The notes under the pieces: model-generated
The model's database searches: none
Told to the model about the DNA's origin: nothing
What the model saw: only the letters and a program-made list of their open reading frames with translations
Translations under genes and position numbers: made by a program
Part shown: positions 7,901 to 18,288 of the stretch, piece after piece
Layout: every line of letters starts with the position of its first letter
Position numbering within the stretch: the first letter of the stretch is position 1
DNA from: Thermodesulfovibrionales bacterium
GTDB lineage: Bacteria; Nitrospirota; Thermodesulfovibrionia; Thermodesulfovibrionales; UBA9159
Reading direction: 5' to 3'
Length of the DNA: 39,414 bases
NCBI GenBank assembly: GCA_919901585.1
Contig: CAKKPH010000052.1
Location: forward strand, 1-39,414

Positions 7901-8036
7901 AAGACCTCCATATATGGGCCTACCTATAATAACATACGTCAATTGCCTTGCTTTTTGAGTCAAAATTGCATTATTCTAAAACAAAATCAATTGCTGTTGG
8001 ACATTGAATGCCTAATGGCACCAAAGGAGGCTTGTT

Positions 8037-8360
8037 GTGATATCAATAACTGAGACAGCTGCCGAGAAGGCAAAGGAGATACTCAAGGCAGAAGGCAAAG
8101 ACGACTGGGGTTTGCGTATATATACCGCTGACAGCGGAGGCTGCGGCCCTTCGTACGGCATGGACCTGGATGAGAACCCTTCAACAGACGATGAGGTTGT
8201 AGAGAAAAGCGGACTCAAGGTCTTTTTTGACAAAAACACATCACAGAACCTTGACGGCATGGAGGTCGACTTTATTGATGAGGGAGACAGAAAGGGTTTT
8301 ATACTCACAGGTACTCCGCCGTCCTCATCGTGCGGTTCGGGCTGCAGCAGTTGCGGATAG
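8037..8360 (+). CDS. HesB/IscA-family A-type iron-sulfur cluster carrier
   Basis: 107 aa, GTG start with an AAGGAGG SD 6 nt upstream. It has the family Cys pattern (GGCGPSYG ... C-terminal GSGCSSCG). Confidence 0.88.
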   Translation: MISITETAAEKAKEILKAEGKDDWGLRIYTADSGGCGPSYGMDLDENPSTDDEVVEKSGLKVFFDKNTSQNLDGMEVDFIDEGDRKGFILTGTPPSSSCGSGCSSCG

Positions 8361-8375
8361 GCAATCACAGAGAAG

Positions 8376-9347
8376 ATGTTCCCTGTCAATAGGCCACGCA
8401 GGCTAAGAAAGAACAAGATCATCAGGAGGATGGTGAGCGAGACATCACTATCCCCTGACGACTTTATTTATCCCCTTTTTGTCACATTCGGCCGTAATGT
8501 TAAAAAAGAGATCTCTTCCATGCCCGGATGTTTTCAGGAGTCAGTAGATGAGATCGTTAAGAGCGCCAGAGAAGTTAAATCCCTGAATATACCGGCAGTG
8601 ATACTCTTCGGGATACCGGAGCACAAGGACGAGAAGGGCAGCGGCGCATATGATGATCAGGGCATTGTCCAGAATGCTGTGAGGGCGATAAAGGATGCCC
8701 TGCCTGAGCTTTATGTGATAACAGACGTATGCATGTGTGAGAACACGAGCCATGGTCACTGCGGCATTATAGAAAATGGCGACGTGGTCAACGACCCGAC
8801 AGTCGAGTTGCTCGCTATGGAGGCCGTATCACACGCAAAGGCAGGTGCTGACATGGTCGCACCTTCTGACATGATGGACGGCAGGGTCGAGGCCATTAGG
8901 GCTGAGCTTGACGATCATGGATTTCATGACCTGCCGATCATGTCATATGCTGCAAAGTATGCCTCAGGTTTTTATGGCCCTTTCAGAGAGGCTGCAGAAT
9001 CAACCCCTCAGTTCGGAGACAGGCGCTCATATCAGATGGACCCTTCCAACAGGAGGGAAGCCCTCAGAGAGGTCGCACTCGATATTGAAGAAGGGGCTGA
9101 CATAGTGATGGTAAAGCCTGCCCTTTCGTACCTCGATATAATTTCCGATATAAAGGACAGCTTTGACGTGCCGGTTGCTGCTTATAATGTGAGCGGCGAG
9201 TACTCAATGATAAAGGCAGCAGACAGGCTCGGCTGGATAGACGGGGACAGGGTTATGATGGAGGTGCTCACCTCAATAAAGCGTGCCGGTGCCGACCTTA
9301 TACTCACGTATTTTGCAAAGGACGCAGCCACGGTGCTAAACTCCTGA
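8376..9347 (+). CDS. hemB: Porphobilinogen synthase (delta-aminolevulinate dehydratase), Zn-type
   Basis: 323 aa with the Cys-rich metal site [14 protein letters not shown] and the Schiff-base lysine context MVKPAL. Confidence 0.95.
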   Translation: MFPVNRPRRLRKNKIIRRMVSETSLSPDDFIYPLFVTFGRNVKKEISSMPGCFQESVDEIVKSAREVKSLNIPAVILFGIPEHKDEKGSGAYDDQGIVQNAVRAIKDALPELYVITDVCMCENTSHGHCGIIENGDVVNDPTVELLAMEAVSHAKAGADMVAPSDMMDGRVEAIRAELDDHGFHDLPIMSYAAKYASGFYGPFREAAESTPQFGDRRSYQMDPSNRREALREVALDIEEGADIVMVKPALSYLDIISDIKDSFDVPVAAYNVSGEYSMIKAADRLGWIDGDRVMMEVLTSIKRAGADLILTYFAKDAATVLNS

Positions 9348-9432
9348 CAGTCCCCCCTGATTTCTTATGATTTGCATCATGGAATCATTTAAAGGTTCTG
9401 TTTTATAGTTTTAACATAACGCATGGAGGTGC

Positions 9433-9666
9433 ATGGAAATGATAGAAAGGGAAAAAGTCGAGACCGCTTTAAATGTGATCAGGCCTGCATTACAGAGGGA
9501 TGGCGGAGATGTCCAGCTCGTTGAGATAACAGATGAAGGTATTGTTAAGGTCAAGCTCATGGGCGCATGCGGCACATGCCCGATGTCAATACTCACCCTG
9601 AAGCGCGGCATTGAGGCAACCCTTAAGCAGAGGGTTCCGGAGATAGTTTCTGTAGAGTCTGTTTAA
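9433..9666 (+). CDS. NifU C-terminal-domain (Nfu-like) Fe-S assembly protein
   Basis: 77 aa with GGDVQLVEI...VKLMGACGTCPMS (CxxC) typical of Nfu/NifU-C domains. An alternative ATG lies at 9439. Confidence 0.85.
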   Translation: MEMIEREKVETALNVIRPALQRDGGDVQLVEITDEGIVKVKLMGACGTCPMSILTLKRGIEATLKQRVPEIVSVESV

Positions 9667-9704
9667 TACAGGTTCTTTAAATAACGGCTGTCAGAGGGAA
9701 GGTT

Positions 9705-10745
9705 TTAAGGGCAGAGCGAGATTGCATTGAGGCCTGTCTTTTCGTCGAAACCCATCATGATGTTCATATTTTGCACAGCCTGTCCTGATGCACCCTTCAC
9801 AAGATTGTCTATAGCAGTGACTATAATCAGGGTCCCGGTCCGTTTGTTCATGGCAAGGCCTATCTCGCAGAGATTGGTCCCGCGCACATTCTTCACATTC
9901 GGGAGACTACCCTCTTCGAGCACCCTCACAAAAGGCTCTTTTGCATAAAGAGACCTGTAGATGGCATAGACCCTTCTAATATCATCGGCCTTTATTGCCT
10001 TAAGATAGATTGTACTCAGTATTCCCCTGTCGAGTGGTATTAGGTGCGGAGTGAAATCAACCTTTATATTACTTCCAGAAATAAAGGATAGTTCCTGTTC
10101 TATCTCCGGCGTGTGTCTGTGCCTGGCAATACCATAAGCCTTGAGGCCTTCATTGACCTCACAAAAAGAAAAGGCGGTATCTGCCTGTCTGCCTGCGCCT
10201 GAGGTGCCGGATTTTGAATCAATGACAATGAAGCCGGTTGACGCAATCCCTTTTTTAAGTGCAGGGTAGAGGCCTATTATAGCGCTTGTCGGGTAGCATC
10301 CGGGATTTGCTACGAGTGATGCCTTTGCGATCTTCTTCCTGTATAGTTCAGGCAGGCCATAGACAGCCTTCTTTAGGGTGTCGGTGAATTTGTGGGGTAC
10401 CTTATACCATTCTTCGTAGGTCTTTGCATCACGCAGCCTGTAATCGGCAGAGAGGTCTATAACCCTCTTCCCTTTCTTTATAAGGGAATCGACCGCCTCC
10501 TGCGAGGTCGCATGCGGCAGTGCCATGAAGAACAGGTCAGCCTTTGCGTGGATCTGTGAAATCTCTAATCTCTCGTATCTGAGATGGCTGTAGAAATGGA
10601 GATGAGGGAAGAGGTCTGTCACACGCTTGCCTTCAGATCTTTCTGAAGTGACAGAGGTGATTTCTGCCTCAGGATGTGAGGCTAATATCCTTAAGAGCTC
10701 TGCGCCAGCATAACCGCTGCCACCGCATATAGCTACTTTTATCAT
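9705..10745 (-). CDS. argC: N-acetyl-gamma-glutamyl-phosphate reductase
   Basis: 346 aa with an N-terminal GGSGYAGAELLR Rossmann motif and the active-site NPGCYPT. Confidence 0.95.
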   Translation of the reverse strand: MIKVAICGGSGYAGAELLRILASHPEAEITSVTSERSEGKRVTDLFPHLHFYSHLRYERLEISQIHAKADLFFMALPHATSQEAVDSLIKKGKRVIDLSADYRLRDAKTYEEWYKVPHKFTDTLKKAVYGLPELYRKKIAKASLVANPGCYPTSAIIGLYPALKKGIASTGFIVIDSKSGTSGAGRQADTAFSFCEVNEGLKAYGIARHRHTPEIEQELSFISGSNIKVDFTPHLIPLDRGILSTIYLKAIKADDIRRVYAIYRSLYAKEPFVRVLEEGSLPNVKNVRGTNLCEIGLAMNKRTGTLIIVTAIDNLVKGASGQAVQNMNIMMGFDEKTGLNAISLCP

Positions 10746-10755
10746 GGCTACTGTC

Positions 10756-11148
10756 TTATCTCTTCGAGAACTGGAATCTCTTCCTTGCGCCCTTCTGGCC
10801 GTACTTCTTTCTCTCTTTTTCCCTCGGGTCTCTTGTAATAAAACCTTCTTTTTTGAGTTTTGGCCGGAGGTCGCTGTCGAGTGAAGTGAGCGCCCTTGCT
10901 ATGCCGTGCCTGAGAGCACCTGCCTGTCCGGTGGGGCCTCCACCTTCTACCTTTGCACTCACATCGAGCTTCCCGGTCATGCCCGTAAGCTCAAGTGGCT
11001 GCCTGATTATCATCCTCAGGGTCTCCCTCGGGAAATAGGTGTCCACGGGCTTTTTATTGACAGTTATGAGGCCGTTGCCCTTTGAAAGGGTCACTCTCGC
11101 AGTTGATGTCTTCCTTCTGCCTATTGAACTGTATTTTATCTCTGCCAT
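10756..11148 (-). CDS. rpsI: 30S ribosomal protein S9
   Basis: 130 aa with GGG.TGQAGA.RHGI.RAL and the C-terminal ...[16 protein letters not shown] signature. Confidence 0.97.
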   Translation of the reverse strand: MAEIKYSSIGRRKTSTARVTLSKGNGLITVNKKPVDTYFPRETLRMIIRQPLELTGMTGKLDVSAKVEGGGPTGQAGALRHGIARALTSLDSDLRPKLKKEGFITRDPREKERKKYGQKGARKRFQFSKR

Positions 11149-11170
11149 TCAAACTCCTTTATCCTGTATC

Positions 11171-11596
11171 TTATTGTATTATACCGGGTTTTTGTGCCGA
11201 GTGCGGATGCTCGGTCCCTCTGTAGACCTTGAGCTTTTTCAGCATTGCCCTGCCGAGCCTGCTCTTGGGCAGCATGCCCCATACGGCAGCCCTTATAATC
11301 TCTTCAGGCTTTTTGTTGAGGCGCTCTTTTGCGGTCTCGGCCTTAATGCCGCCCGGATATCCTGAATGGTGGTAATAGATCTTGTCCTCAAGCTTATTGC
11401 CTGTAAGCCTTATCTTCTCTGCATTAACCACTATGACAAAATCACCGGTATCTACATTCGGCGTAAATACAGGCTTATCTTTGCCGCGCAGGCGGGTGGC
11501 TATCCTTGTTGCGAGCCTTCCGAGCACAGCATCTTTTGCATCAATAAGATGCCACTTCCTCTCGGTTTCATTCTTTTTTGCAAACTGCGTCCTCAT
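11171..11596 (-). CDS. rplM: 50S ribosomal protein L13
   Basis: [20 protein letters not shown] matches the L13 N-terminus. The ORF extends to 11629, but the ATG at 11596 has an AAGGATGG SD. Confidence 0.95.
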   Translation of the reverse strand: MRTQFAKKNETERKWHLIDAKDAVLGRLATRIATRLRGKDKPVFTPNVDTGDFVIVVNAEKIRLTGNKLEDKIYYHHSGYPGGIKAETAKERLNKKPEEIIRAAVWGMLPKSRLGRAMLKKLKVYRGTEHPHSAQKPGIIQ

Positions 11597-11627
11597 AAAT
11601 ACCATCCTTGATAGAATTTGAATTAAC

Positions 11628-11657
11628 ACTATAATAAAGATTGACCTTAAATGTCAA
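11628..11657 (-). promoter_or_regulatory. Sigma70-type promoter for rplM-rpsI(-argC): TTGACA-N18-TATAGT
   Basis: On the minus strand, TTGACA lies at 11657-11652, followed by an 18-nt spacer and TATAGT at 11633-11628. This is about 32 nt upstream of the rplM ATG. Confidence 0.5.
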
Positions 11658-11701
11658 TACAGAAATTAATTAAGTTTATCAAAACCACTATCTGCACAAG
11701 T

Positions 11702-12466
11702 TTAAAATTTAGTGAACGCCCTTGTCTTTAAAGGCGTTGCTATTGTGAACTCTGCATGGTCGCTGAGGATCTCTGACAGTTCTGATATCAGAGGCTTTGA
11801 GGGCTTTATCCTGTTTATCTTCGTAATATCCCATTTCCTGAGAGTCCCGTAGAGCCTGACAGCCCCGGGAGATATCCTGAGGTGCGTCTCGCCGTCTCTG
11901 GCGCAATCCCCGCATATTATTGAGCCGTGTGATACATAGAAATTATATCCTGTCCTGCTGCATCTTGCGCAGCCCTCAAGGGATGGCCCGTATCCTGTTA
12001 TGTTCAGGAGCCTGATCTTGTAAAAGATTGCGACTAAATCGAGGAACTCCTTTGCCTCTTCACTATCTGCATTGCCGGGCAATATCCTGTCTTCTATTAT
12101 GCCGAGCGTGTCAAGGAACAACCTGAAAGCATCCCTGTTGGGGTCACGCTCCGGCATGAGGCTGATAGTGATTTCTATGAGTCCAGCGATTTTAATGAAA
12201 CTGTCGAGCCTCTCCCTGATCGGCTGGAACGGCCTTATTATGTCTGACTGTGTAAGCCTTGGGAGATTTGCGTCTTCCTTGCCCCAGAACGAGATCCTTG
12301 AGTTTGTAAGAGGCTCAAGGCTGCTCCCGAACCTGCTCCTTGTCTTTCTGGGGCTTTTTGCAAATGCCTTTAGTATGCCGTAATCATGTGTCAGGAATGT
12401 TACTATGAGGTCAGCTTCAGAATAAGGGAATGTCTTAAGGACAATGGCTTCGGTTCTTCTGAGCAT
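11702..12466 (-). CDS. recO: DNA repair protein RecO
   Basis: 254 aa: an OB-fold N-terminus (EAIVLKTFPYSEADLIV) followed by a CxxC...CxxC zinc motif (CARCSR...CGDCA). Confidence 0.9.
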   Translation of the reverse strand: MLRRTEAIVLKTFPYSEADLIVTFLTHDYGILKAFAKSPRKTRSRFGSSLEPLTNSRISFWGKEDANLPRLTQSDIIRPFQPIRERLDSFIKIAGLIEITISLMPERDPNRDAFRLFLDTLGIIEDRILPGNADSEEAKEFLDLVAIFYKIRLLNITGYGPSLEGCARCSRTGYNFYVSHGSIICGDCARDGETHLRISPGAVRLYGTLRKWDITKINRIKPSKPLISELSEILSDHAEFTIATPLKTRAFTKF

Positions 12467-12918
12467 TACATGACATTGCCGAAATCTTCGGGCTTGAGGT
12501 TCTTGAGCCAGTCCTCGAGTTCGTCGCCGCTCCTCTTTTCGAGGATGCTGTCTTCTACAAAGATCGGTGCATTCGCCCTCAGTGCAACGGCGACTGCATC
12601 ACTTGGCCTTGAATCTACAGGGACCTCTGCCTTGTCAGAGGCCAGATATATCAGGGCGTAGTATGTATTTTCGAATATCTCTGTGACGACAACCCGCGTC
12701 ACTTTTGCCTTAAGCCCGTTGCAGATATTCTTTATCAGGTCGTGGGTGAGGGGCCTCGGAGTGGCAACCTTTCCGAGTGCAAGGGCAATAGAATCTGCCT
12801 CGGGCTTGCCTATCCATATAGGCATGGTATTAATGCCGTCGACCTCTTTGAGAAGCATGATATACATATTGCTTCTCGGATCAAAGAGCAGACCTTCAAC
12901 CTTCATCTGGACGAGCAT
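12466..12918 (-). CDS. Bifunctional nuclease (BFN/DUF151) family protein
   Basis: 150 aa with the PIWIG...A..I...L......RPLTHDL pattern typical of DUF151. It abuts era and overlaps the recO start by 1 nt. Confidence 0.8.
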   Translation of the reverse strand: MLVQMKVEGLLFDPRSNMYIMLLKEVDGINTMPIWIGKPEADSIALALGKVATPRPLTHDLIKNICNGLKAKVTRVVVTEIFENTYYALIYLASDKAEVPVDSRPSDAVAVALRANAPIFVEDSILEKRSGDELEDWLKNLKPEDFGNVM

Positions 12919-13812
12919 CTACTTAAACCCCATCTCTTTCAATGCCCTTTCGTCAGTGCGCCAGCCCTCTTTCACCTTAACCCAGAGTTCCATGAAGACC
13001 TTTCTGCCGAGCATTTTTTCTATCTCCTCCCTGGCATAAGCAGCCACAGCCTTGAGCCTTTGGCCGCCCTTACCTATTATAATACCTTTCTGACCTGCCC
13101 TTTCAACATAAATGTTGCAGGATATACTTATGAGGCCGTCTTCGCGTTCAGACCATGTTAAGACTTCGACAGCGATAGAGTGAGGCACTTCCTCTTGAGT
13201 AGCCTCCATGAGCTGCTCCCTTATTATATCCGAGACGAGCTGCTTTTCGGTCTGGTCAGTCACCATGTCATCCGGGTAGTATTTGGGGCCGCAGGGCAGG
13301 CTCTTGGCAATCTTATCTGTTACAAGGACTACATCCTCGCTGTTCAGCGCTGATATCGGTATAATGGCGTCGAACCGGTACAGCTTGTTATATTCGTCTA
13401 TGAGAGGCAGGACCTCAGCCTTTTTTATCAGGTCTATCTTGTTTATGACGAGGTAGACCTGAGGCTTTTTTGGTATCTTCTTAAGCAGATCTATTAAGGC
13501 CTTGTCCTGATGGTCGGGCATATGCGGGAGTACCATTAAGAGTATGATATCCGTATGCTTAAGCGCCGCTGTCGCCTCTTTGACCATAAGCCTTCCGAGG
13601 AGGTGCCTTGGTTTGTGAATGCCCGGGGTATCGACAAACACGATCTGGTATGCTCCGGATGTGAGTATCCCGGTTATCTTCCTCCTTGTTGTCTGAGGCC
13701 TTGATGTGACAATGGATATCTTTTCGCCGAGGATGCTGTTCAGTAGGGTAGATTTGCCGGCATTCGGCCTGCCTATGATCGAGACGTATCCTGAGCGGAA
13801 ACCATTAGTCAT
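12919..13812 (-). CDS. era: GTPase Era
   Basis: Contains GRPNAGKSTLLN (G1), DTPG (G3), NKID (G4) and a C-terminal KH domain (...IIIGKGGQRLK...). Confidence 0.95.
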   Translation of the reverse strand: MTNGFRSGYVSIIGRPNAGKSTLLNSILGEKISIVTSRPQTTRRKITGILTSGAYQIVFVDTPGIHKPRHLLGRLMVKEATAALKHTDIILLMVLPHMPDHQDKALIDLLKKIPKKPQVYLVINKIDLIKKAEVLPLIDEYNKLYRFDAIIPISALNSEDVVLVTDKIAKSLPCGPKYYPDDMVTDQTEKQLVSDIIREQLMEATQEEVPHSIAVEVLTWSEREDGLISISCNIYVERAGQKGIIIGKGGQRLKAVAAYAREEIEKMLGRKVFMELWVKVKEGWRTDERALKEMGFK

Positions 13813-14999
13813 TTAAGCCTGTTGACAGCTTCCCTTATCCGGATAACGGCCCTCCTGATGTTTTCCATAGAGGTTGCGTATGAAAGCCTCACAAAGCCGT
13901 CATCGCCGAAGGCATTGCCCGGGACAACAGCGACGTGCGCATCCTCAAGGAGATAAACCGCCAGGTCGGACGATGACGCTATGGTCTTTCCGTTTGCAGA
14001 CCTGCCGTAAATGCCGGAGGTGTTCGGGAAGGCATAGAAGGCCCCTGTCGGCTTAAGGCAGGCTATGCCTGAAATTGTGTTAAGCTCAGACACGAGGAAC
14101 TCCCTCCTCTTGTTGAACTCCCTCACCATCATATCAGTGAAGTCCTGCGGTCCCTTAAGCGCCTCTATGGCTGCCATCTGTGCAATGGAATTCGGGTTGG
14201 ATGTGGACTGGCTCTGGATGTTCGTCATGGCCTTTATTATCTCCTTCGGGCCTGCTGCATAGCCGATCCTCCATCCTGTCATAGCGTGTGATTTCGAAAG
14301 TCCGTTGACCACAATGGTCTTTTCTTTTATCTCCCTTCCGAGTGATGCAATGCTTGTGTGGCTTGTGCCGTCGTACAGGAGTTTCTCGTATATCTCGTCT
14401 GATACTATATAGAGATTATGTCGCAACGCTATCTCTGCTATCTGTTCGAGGGCCTTTCGGGTGTATGTGAAACCGGTCGGGTTCGAAGGTGAGTTCAGGA
14501 TTATCGCCTTTGTCTTGTTAGTTATATTCGCCTCGAGCAGGCCGGGGCTGAGCATAAAACCGTCTTTTTCGTAAGTCTTTACGATAACGGGCACGGCATC
14601 ATTTACAACGACCTGATCAGGATATGAGACCCAGTACGGCGATGGGATTATGACCTTGTCGCCAGGCCCGTAGATTGCCTGTGCGATATTGTAAAGGCTG
14701 TGTTTCGCACCGCACGAGACCAGTATCTCTTCCCTCGTGTATTCAAGGCTGTTGTCCTTGCTGAATTTTTCGATGACAGCGTCCTTTAAGGGGTCAATGC
14801 CTCCTACCGCGGTATATTTTGTAAATCCGTCCTTTATCGCCTTTATAGCAGCCTCTTTTATATTGGCAGGCGTATCAAAGTCAGGCTCGCCGACCCCCAA
14901 GCTTATAACATCGGTCCCTGAAGCCTTCATTGCCTTTGCCTTCGCATCTATGGCGAGGGTAGGTGAAGGTTTTATCTTCCTTCCGCGTTCAGAAAGCAT
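13809..14999 (-). CDS. Aspartate/aromatic-family PLP-dependent aminotransferase (class I)
   Basis: 396 aa with the PLP-lysine context NGLSKSHAMTGWRIGY and SNPTG. GGAGGG SD. Confidence 0.9.
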   Translation of the reverse strand: MLSERGRKIKPSPTLAIDAKAKAMKASGTDVISLGVGEPDFDTPANIKEAAIKAIKDGFTKYTAVGGIDPLKDAVIEKFSKDNSLEYTREEILVSCGAKHSLYNIAQAIYGPGDKVIIPSPYWVSYPDQVVVNDAVPVIVKTYEKDGFMLSPGLLEANITNKTKAIILNSPSNPTGFTYTRKALEQIAEIALRHNLYIVSDEIYEKLLYDGTSHTSIASLGREIKEKTIVVNGLSKSHAMTGWRIGYAAGPKEIIKAMTNIQSQSTSNPNSIAQMAAIEALKGPQDFTDMMVREFNKRREFLVSELNTISGIACLKPTGAFYAFPNTSGIYGRSANGKTIASSSDLAVYLLEDAHVAVVPGNAFGDDGFVRLSYATSMENIRRAVIRIREAVNRLK

Positions 15000-15183
15000 G
15001 GATTTCCCTCCGTAGAATTTTACCTATTGTAAACCATTTGTCCTGTTTAAAAAAAGATGAGATTCAGAGACTGAAATATATCCGCCAAAAAGGTTGAATT
15101 TTTACTATAGGGTAGGTTACTCTATTTCGTTATAATAAAACGTTTTAGAAGTAAATCAATATTCTTTTCTGGAGGGGCTCTTT

Positions 15184-17907
15184 ATGGCGAAGAAGACAAA
15201 GAAATATGTCTATTTTTTTGGTAACGGAAAGGCTGACGGAAGCGCTGGTATGAAAAACCTCTTGGGCGGCAAGGGGGCTAATCTCGCTGAGATGACCAAC
15301 CTCGGCATACCGGTTCCTCCCGGATTCACTATAACTACCGAGATCTGCACCCTCTATTATAAAAATAACAGGAGATACCCCATTGAGCTTGCAAAGCAGG
15401 TGGATACCGCAATGGCAAAGGTAGAAAAGATAATGGGAAGGAAATTCGGAGACCCGTGGAACCCCCTTCTTGTGTCTGTCCGTTCAGGTGCGCGAAGCTC
15501 CATGCCGGGCATGATGGAGACTGTGTTGAATGTAGGGCTCACAACAAAGACGATTCCCGGCCTTATTAAGAGGACCAGCAATGAAAGGTTTGTTTACGAC
15601 GCATACAGGCGCCTCATGATGATGTACTCAGATGTTGTTATGGAAAAGGCTGCAGGCATCGAGACAGGGGATGGAGAAGGGATTAGGCAGAAACTCGAAC
15701 ATGGCATGGAGAGGGTGAAGAGATCTAAGGGATACAGGAACGATACTGACCTCACTGTCGGAGACCTGAAGACCCTCTGTGATGAGTTTAAGAAGATAAT
15801 AAGGGATACGCTTAAAAAGGACTTTCCTGATGACCCGAAAGAGCAACTACTGGGAGGTATAGGCGCTGTTTTCCAGTCCTGGATGGGGAAGCGCGCTGTT
15901 GCTTACAGGAGGATTGAGAAGATCCCAGTGGAGTGGGGGACTGCTGTAAACGTCCAGTCAATGGTGTTCGGCAATACAGGCGAGAATTCGGCCACAGGCG
16001 TTGCCTTTACCCGCAATCCTGCAACAGGCGAGAACGTCTTCTTCGGAGAGTGGCTATCCAATGCACAGGGCGAGGATGTTGTGGCAGGCATAAGGACACC
16101 AAATCCTGTTAACAAGGCGGGAAAGACCGCTGACACAAACCATCTTGTCTCGCTCGAAGAGGCGATGCCGAAGGTATACAAACAGCTATATTCTATACAG
16201 AAGAAACTTGAGAAGCATTACATGGACATGCAGGACATTGAGTTTACAATAGAGGACGGAAGGCTCTGGATGCTCCAGACAAGGGTCGGAAAACGTAACG
16301 GACAGGCGGCTATCCGCATGGCTGTAGAGATGGCAAAATCGAGGCTTGTAGATAAACAGACCGCTATATTAAGGGTTAAGCCTGAGCAGATAGACGAACT
16401 CCTCCATCCGAGCGTTGACCCTGCCGCAGAGAAAAAGGCTGTTGAGCTTGCAAAGGGTCTGCCTGCAGGCCCGGGCGGTGCAGTCGGAAGGGTGGTATTT
16501 ACTGCCGATGATGCCGAGGCATGGGCGAAGAGGGGCGAGAAAGTGATACTTGTAAGGAATGAGACCTCACCTGAGGATGTCCATGGCATGCACGCTGCAC
16601 AGGCTATACTCACTGCAAGGGGAGGCATGACCAGCCATGCAGCGCTCGTGGCAAGGGGATGGGGCAAATGCTGCATTGTCGGATGCTCCAGCCTCGATAT
16701 TGAGTTCCATAAGAAGGAGATACATGTAAATTCAAGGACACTGAGGGAGGGTGACTGGATCACCCTTAACGGAACAAAGGGGAGGGTGTATGAGGGGAGA
16801 CTCAGCCTTAGGCCTGCTGACCCTGGACACAACAAGTGGTACAAGGAGCTTATGAGATGGGCTGACGAATTCAGAAGGCTGAAGGTCAGGACGAATGCAG
16901 ATACCCCGAATGACGCATCTGCTGCGAGGGGCTTCGGTGCCGAAGGCATCGGCCTCTGCAGGACAGAGCATATGTTCTTCGAGAGTGACAGGATAAAGGC
17001 CGTGAGGGAGATGATCCTCTCTGATAAGGTCGAGGGAAGGAAGAGGGCTCTCGCAAAACTCCTCCCTATGCAGAAAGGGGACTTCACAGGCATATTCAGG
17101 GCAATGGCCGGCCTCCCTGTAACTATCAGACTGCTTGACCCTCCGCTCCATGAATTCCTGCCTCACAATGACAAAGACCTTATGGACCTTGCAAATGAGA
17201 TGGGTGAGTCATTTGACAGGCTTAATACAAAGAACAAGTCACTCCACGAGTTTAACCCGATGCTCGGGCACCGCGGATGCCGTCTCGGCATAACATTCCC
17301 TGAGATATACGAGATGCAGGTGCAGGCCATTATGGAGGCTGCTTGCGAGCTTGCAAAACAGAGGGTGAGGGTGATGCCTGAGATAATGATACCGCTTGTA
17401 GGACATGTTAAGGAATTCGAGATGATGAGGAACCTCACTGTCTCGACTGCTGAAAGGGTGCAGAAGGGATACAAGATCAAAGTTGCCTATACTGTGGGGA
17501 CTATGATAGAATTGCCCCGTGCATGTATAACCTCTGATGAGATAGCCGGCCACGCAGACTTCTACTCATTTGGTACCAATGACCTTACCCAATCAGTTTT
17601 TGGCCTCTCGAGGGATGATGCCGGAAAGTTCCTTCCGTTTTATGTTGAAAGCGGGATATTGAAAGAGGATCCGTTTATATCAATCGATACGCATGGGGTC
17701 GGCGCCTTTATGCGCCTTGCTGCTGAGAAGGGCAGGAAGGTAAAGAAAAACCTTAAGATAGGCATCTGCGGGGAGCACGGGGGCGAGCCGAAGTCTGTTG
17801 AGTTCTGCCATTCGATAGGCCTCGATTATGTGAGCTGTTCACCGTTCAGGGTCCCGATAGCGAGGTTTGCAGCAGCGCAAGCTGCGCTTAAGGATAAGAA
17901 GAAATGA
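15184..17907 (+). CDS. ppdK: Pyruvate, phosphate dikinase
   Basis: 907 aa: ATP-grasp N-terminus (LGGKGANLAEM), phospho-His domain GGMTSHAALVARG, and a PEP-utilising C-terminal domain (GLCRTEHMF, SFGTNDLTQ). Confidence 0.97.
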   Translation: MAKKTKKYVYFFGNGKADGSAGMKNLLGGKGANLAEMTNLGIPVPPGFTITTEICTLYYKNNRRYPIELAKQVDTAMAKVEKIMGRKFGDPWNPLLVSVRSGARSSMPGMMETVLNVGLTTKTIPGLIKRTSNERFVYDAYRRLMMMYSDVVMEKAAGIETGDGEGIRQKLEHGMERVKRSKGYRNDTDLTVGDLKTLCDEFKKIIRDTLKKDFPDDPKEQLLGGIGAVFQSWMGKRAVAYRRIEKIPVEWGTAVNVQSMVFGNTGENSATGVAFTRNPATGENVFFGEWLSNAQGEDVVAGIRTPNPVNKAGKTADTNHLVSLEEAMPKVYKQLYSIQKKLEKHYMDMQDIEFTIEDGRLWMLQTRVGKRNGQAAIRMAVEMAKSRLVDKQTAILRVKPEQIDELLHPSVDPAAEKKAVELAKGLPAGPGGAVGRVVFTADDAEAWAKRGEKVILVRNETSPEDVHGMHAAQAILTARGGMTSHAALVARGWGKCCIVGCSSLDIEFHKKEIHVNSRTLREGDWITLNGTKGRVYEGRLSLRPADPGHNKWYKELMRWADEFRRLKVRTNADTPNDASAARGFGAEGIGLCRTEHMFFESDRIKAVREMILSDKVEGRKRALAKLLPMQKGDFTGIFRAMAGLPVTIRLLDPPLHEFLPHNDKDLMDLANEMGESFDRLNTKNKSLHEFNPMLGHRGCRLGITFPEIYEMQVQAIMEAACELAKQRVRVMPEIMIPLVGHVKEFEMMRNLTVSTAERVQKGYKIKVAYTVGTMIELPRACITSDEIAGHADFYSFGTNDLTQSVFGLSRDDAGKFLPFYVESGILKEDPFISIDTHGVGAFMRLAAEKGRKVKKNLKIGICGEHGGEPKSVEFCHSIGLDYVSCSPFRVPIARFAAAQAALKDKKK

Positions 17908-17978
17908 TGTATGGAACGAATTCCTTATGCCGGATATGTTAGTATAGTCGACAACAAAAAAAGAAAGGTGGTGTTAAA

Positions 17979-18248
17979 ATGTCTCTCGACAAGGAAAGGA
18001 AACAGACTATAATAGGCGAATACAAGATTCACGATAATGATACAGGTTCTCCTGAGGTCCAGATAGCAATCCTGAGCGAAAGGATAAGTTATCTGACAGA
18101 CCATTTCAAGATACACAAGCAGGACCATCATTCCCGTCGCGGTCTCTTGAAACTCGTCAGCCAGAGGAGGAGTCTCCTCGGTTATCTGAAAGGCTCGAAC
18201 AAGAACCGTTATGAAAAGGTTGTTGAGCGTCTTGGTCTGAGGAAATAG
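17979..18248 (+). CDS. rpsO: 30S ribosomal protein S15
   Basis: 89 aa with [11 protein letters not shown]...I..L..H...HK.D.HSRRGLL..V..RR.LL.YL. Confidence 0.97.
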   Translation: MSLDKERKQTIIGEYKIHDNDTGSPEVQIAILSERISYLTDHFKIHKQDHHSRRGLLKLVSQRRSLLGYLKGSNKNRYEKVVERLGLRK

Positions 18249-18282
18249 GAACACGAACAGGAACACAAACAGGAACAGGAGA
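18247..18282 (+). repeat. 12-nt periodic A/G-rich repeat (AGGAACACGAAC / AGGAACACAAAC / AGGAACAGGAGA) forming the rpsO-pnp leader
   Basis: Read directly. AGGAACA recurs at 18247, 18259 and 18271, and the last unit runs into the pnp SD (AGGAGA). Confidence 0.85.
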
Positions 18283-18288
18283 TACTGA

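Noticed and set aside
7901-7963. N-terminal extensions offered by the ORF track for fabG (to 7963), rplM (to 11629), the secreted protein (to 37912) and purC (from 35991).
   Set aside because: In each case an internal ATG has a much better SD at proper spacing and gives the family-typical N-terminus. The extensions have no SD, or use TTG.
8016-8031. TGGCAC hexamer upstream of the HesB/IscA gene, which could be a sigma-54 -24 element (rpoN is in the window).
   Set aside because: The GC of any -12 element is off by one from the required GG-N10-GC spacing. The segment overlaps the SD only about 15 nt from the start codon, which leaves no room for a transcript leader.
15000-15183. 184-bp aspartate aminotransferase/ppdK divergent intergenic region examined for a riboswitch, sRNA or tRNA.
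   Set aside because: The region is A/T-rich with a TATAAT near 15143, but it has no convincing -35, no conserved riboswitch-like helices and no tRNA-like arms. Only generic promoter DNA can be inferred.
16218-17093. 291-aa ORF on the minus strand inside ppdK, plus the overlapping 144-aa ORF at 16732-17166.
   Set aside because: This is a shadow ORF antisense to an unmistakable pyruvate phosphate dikinase gene. Its translation is S/L/P/A-rich and low-complexity, with no SD and no recognisable motif.
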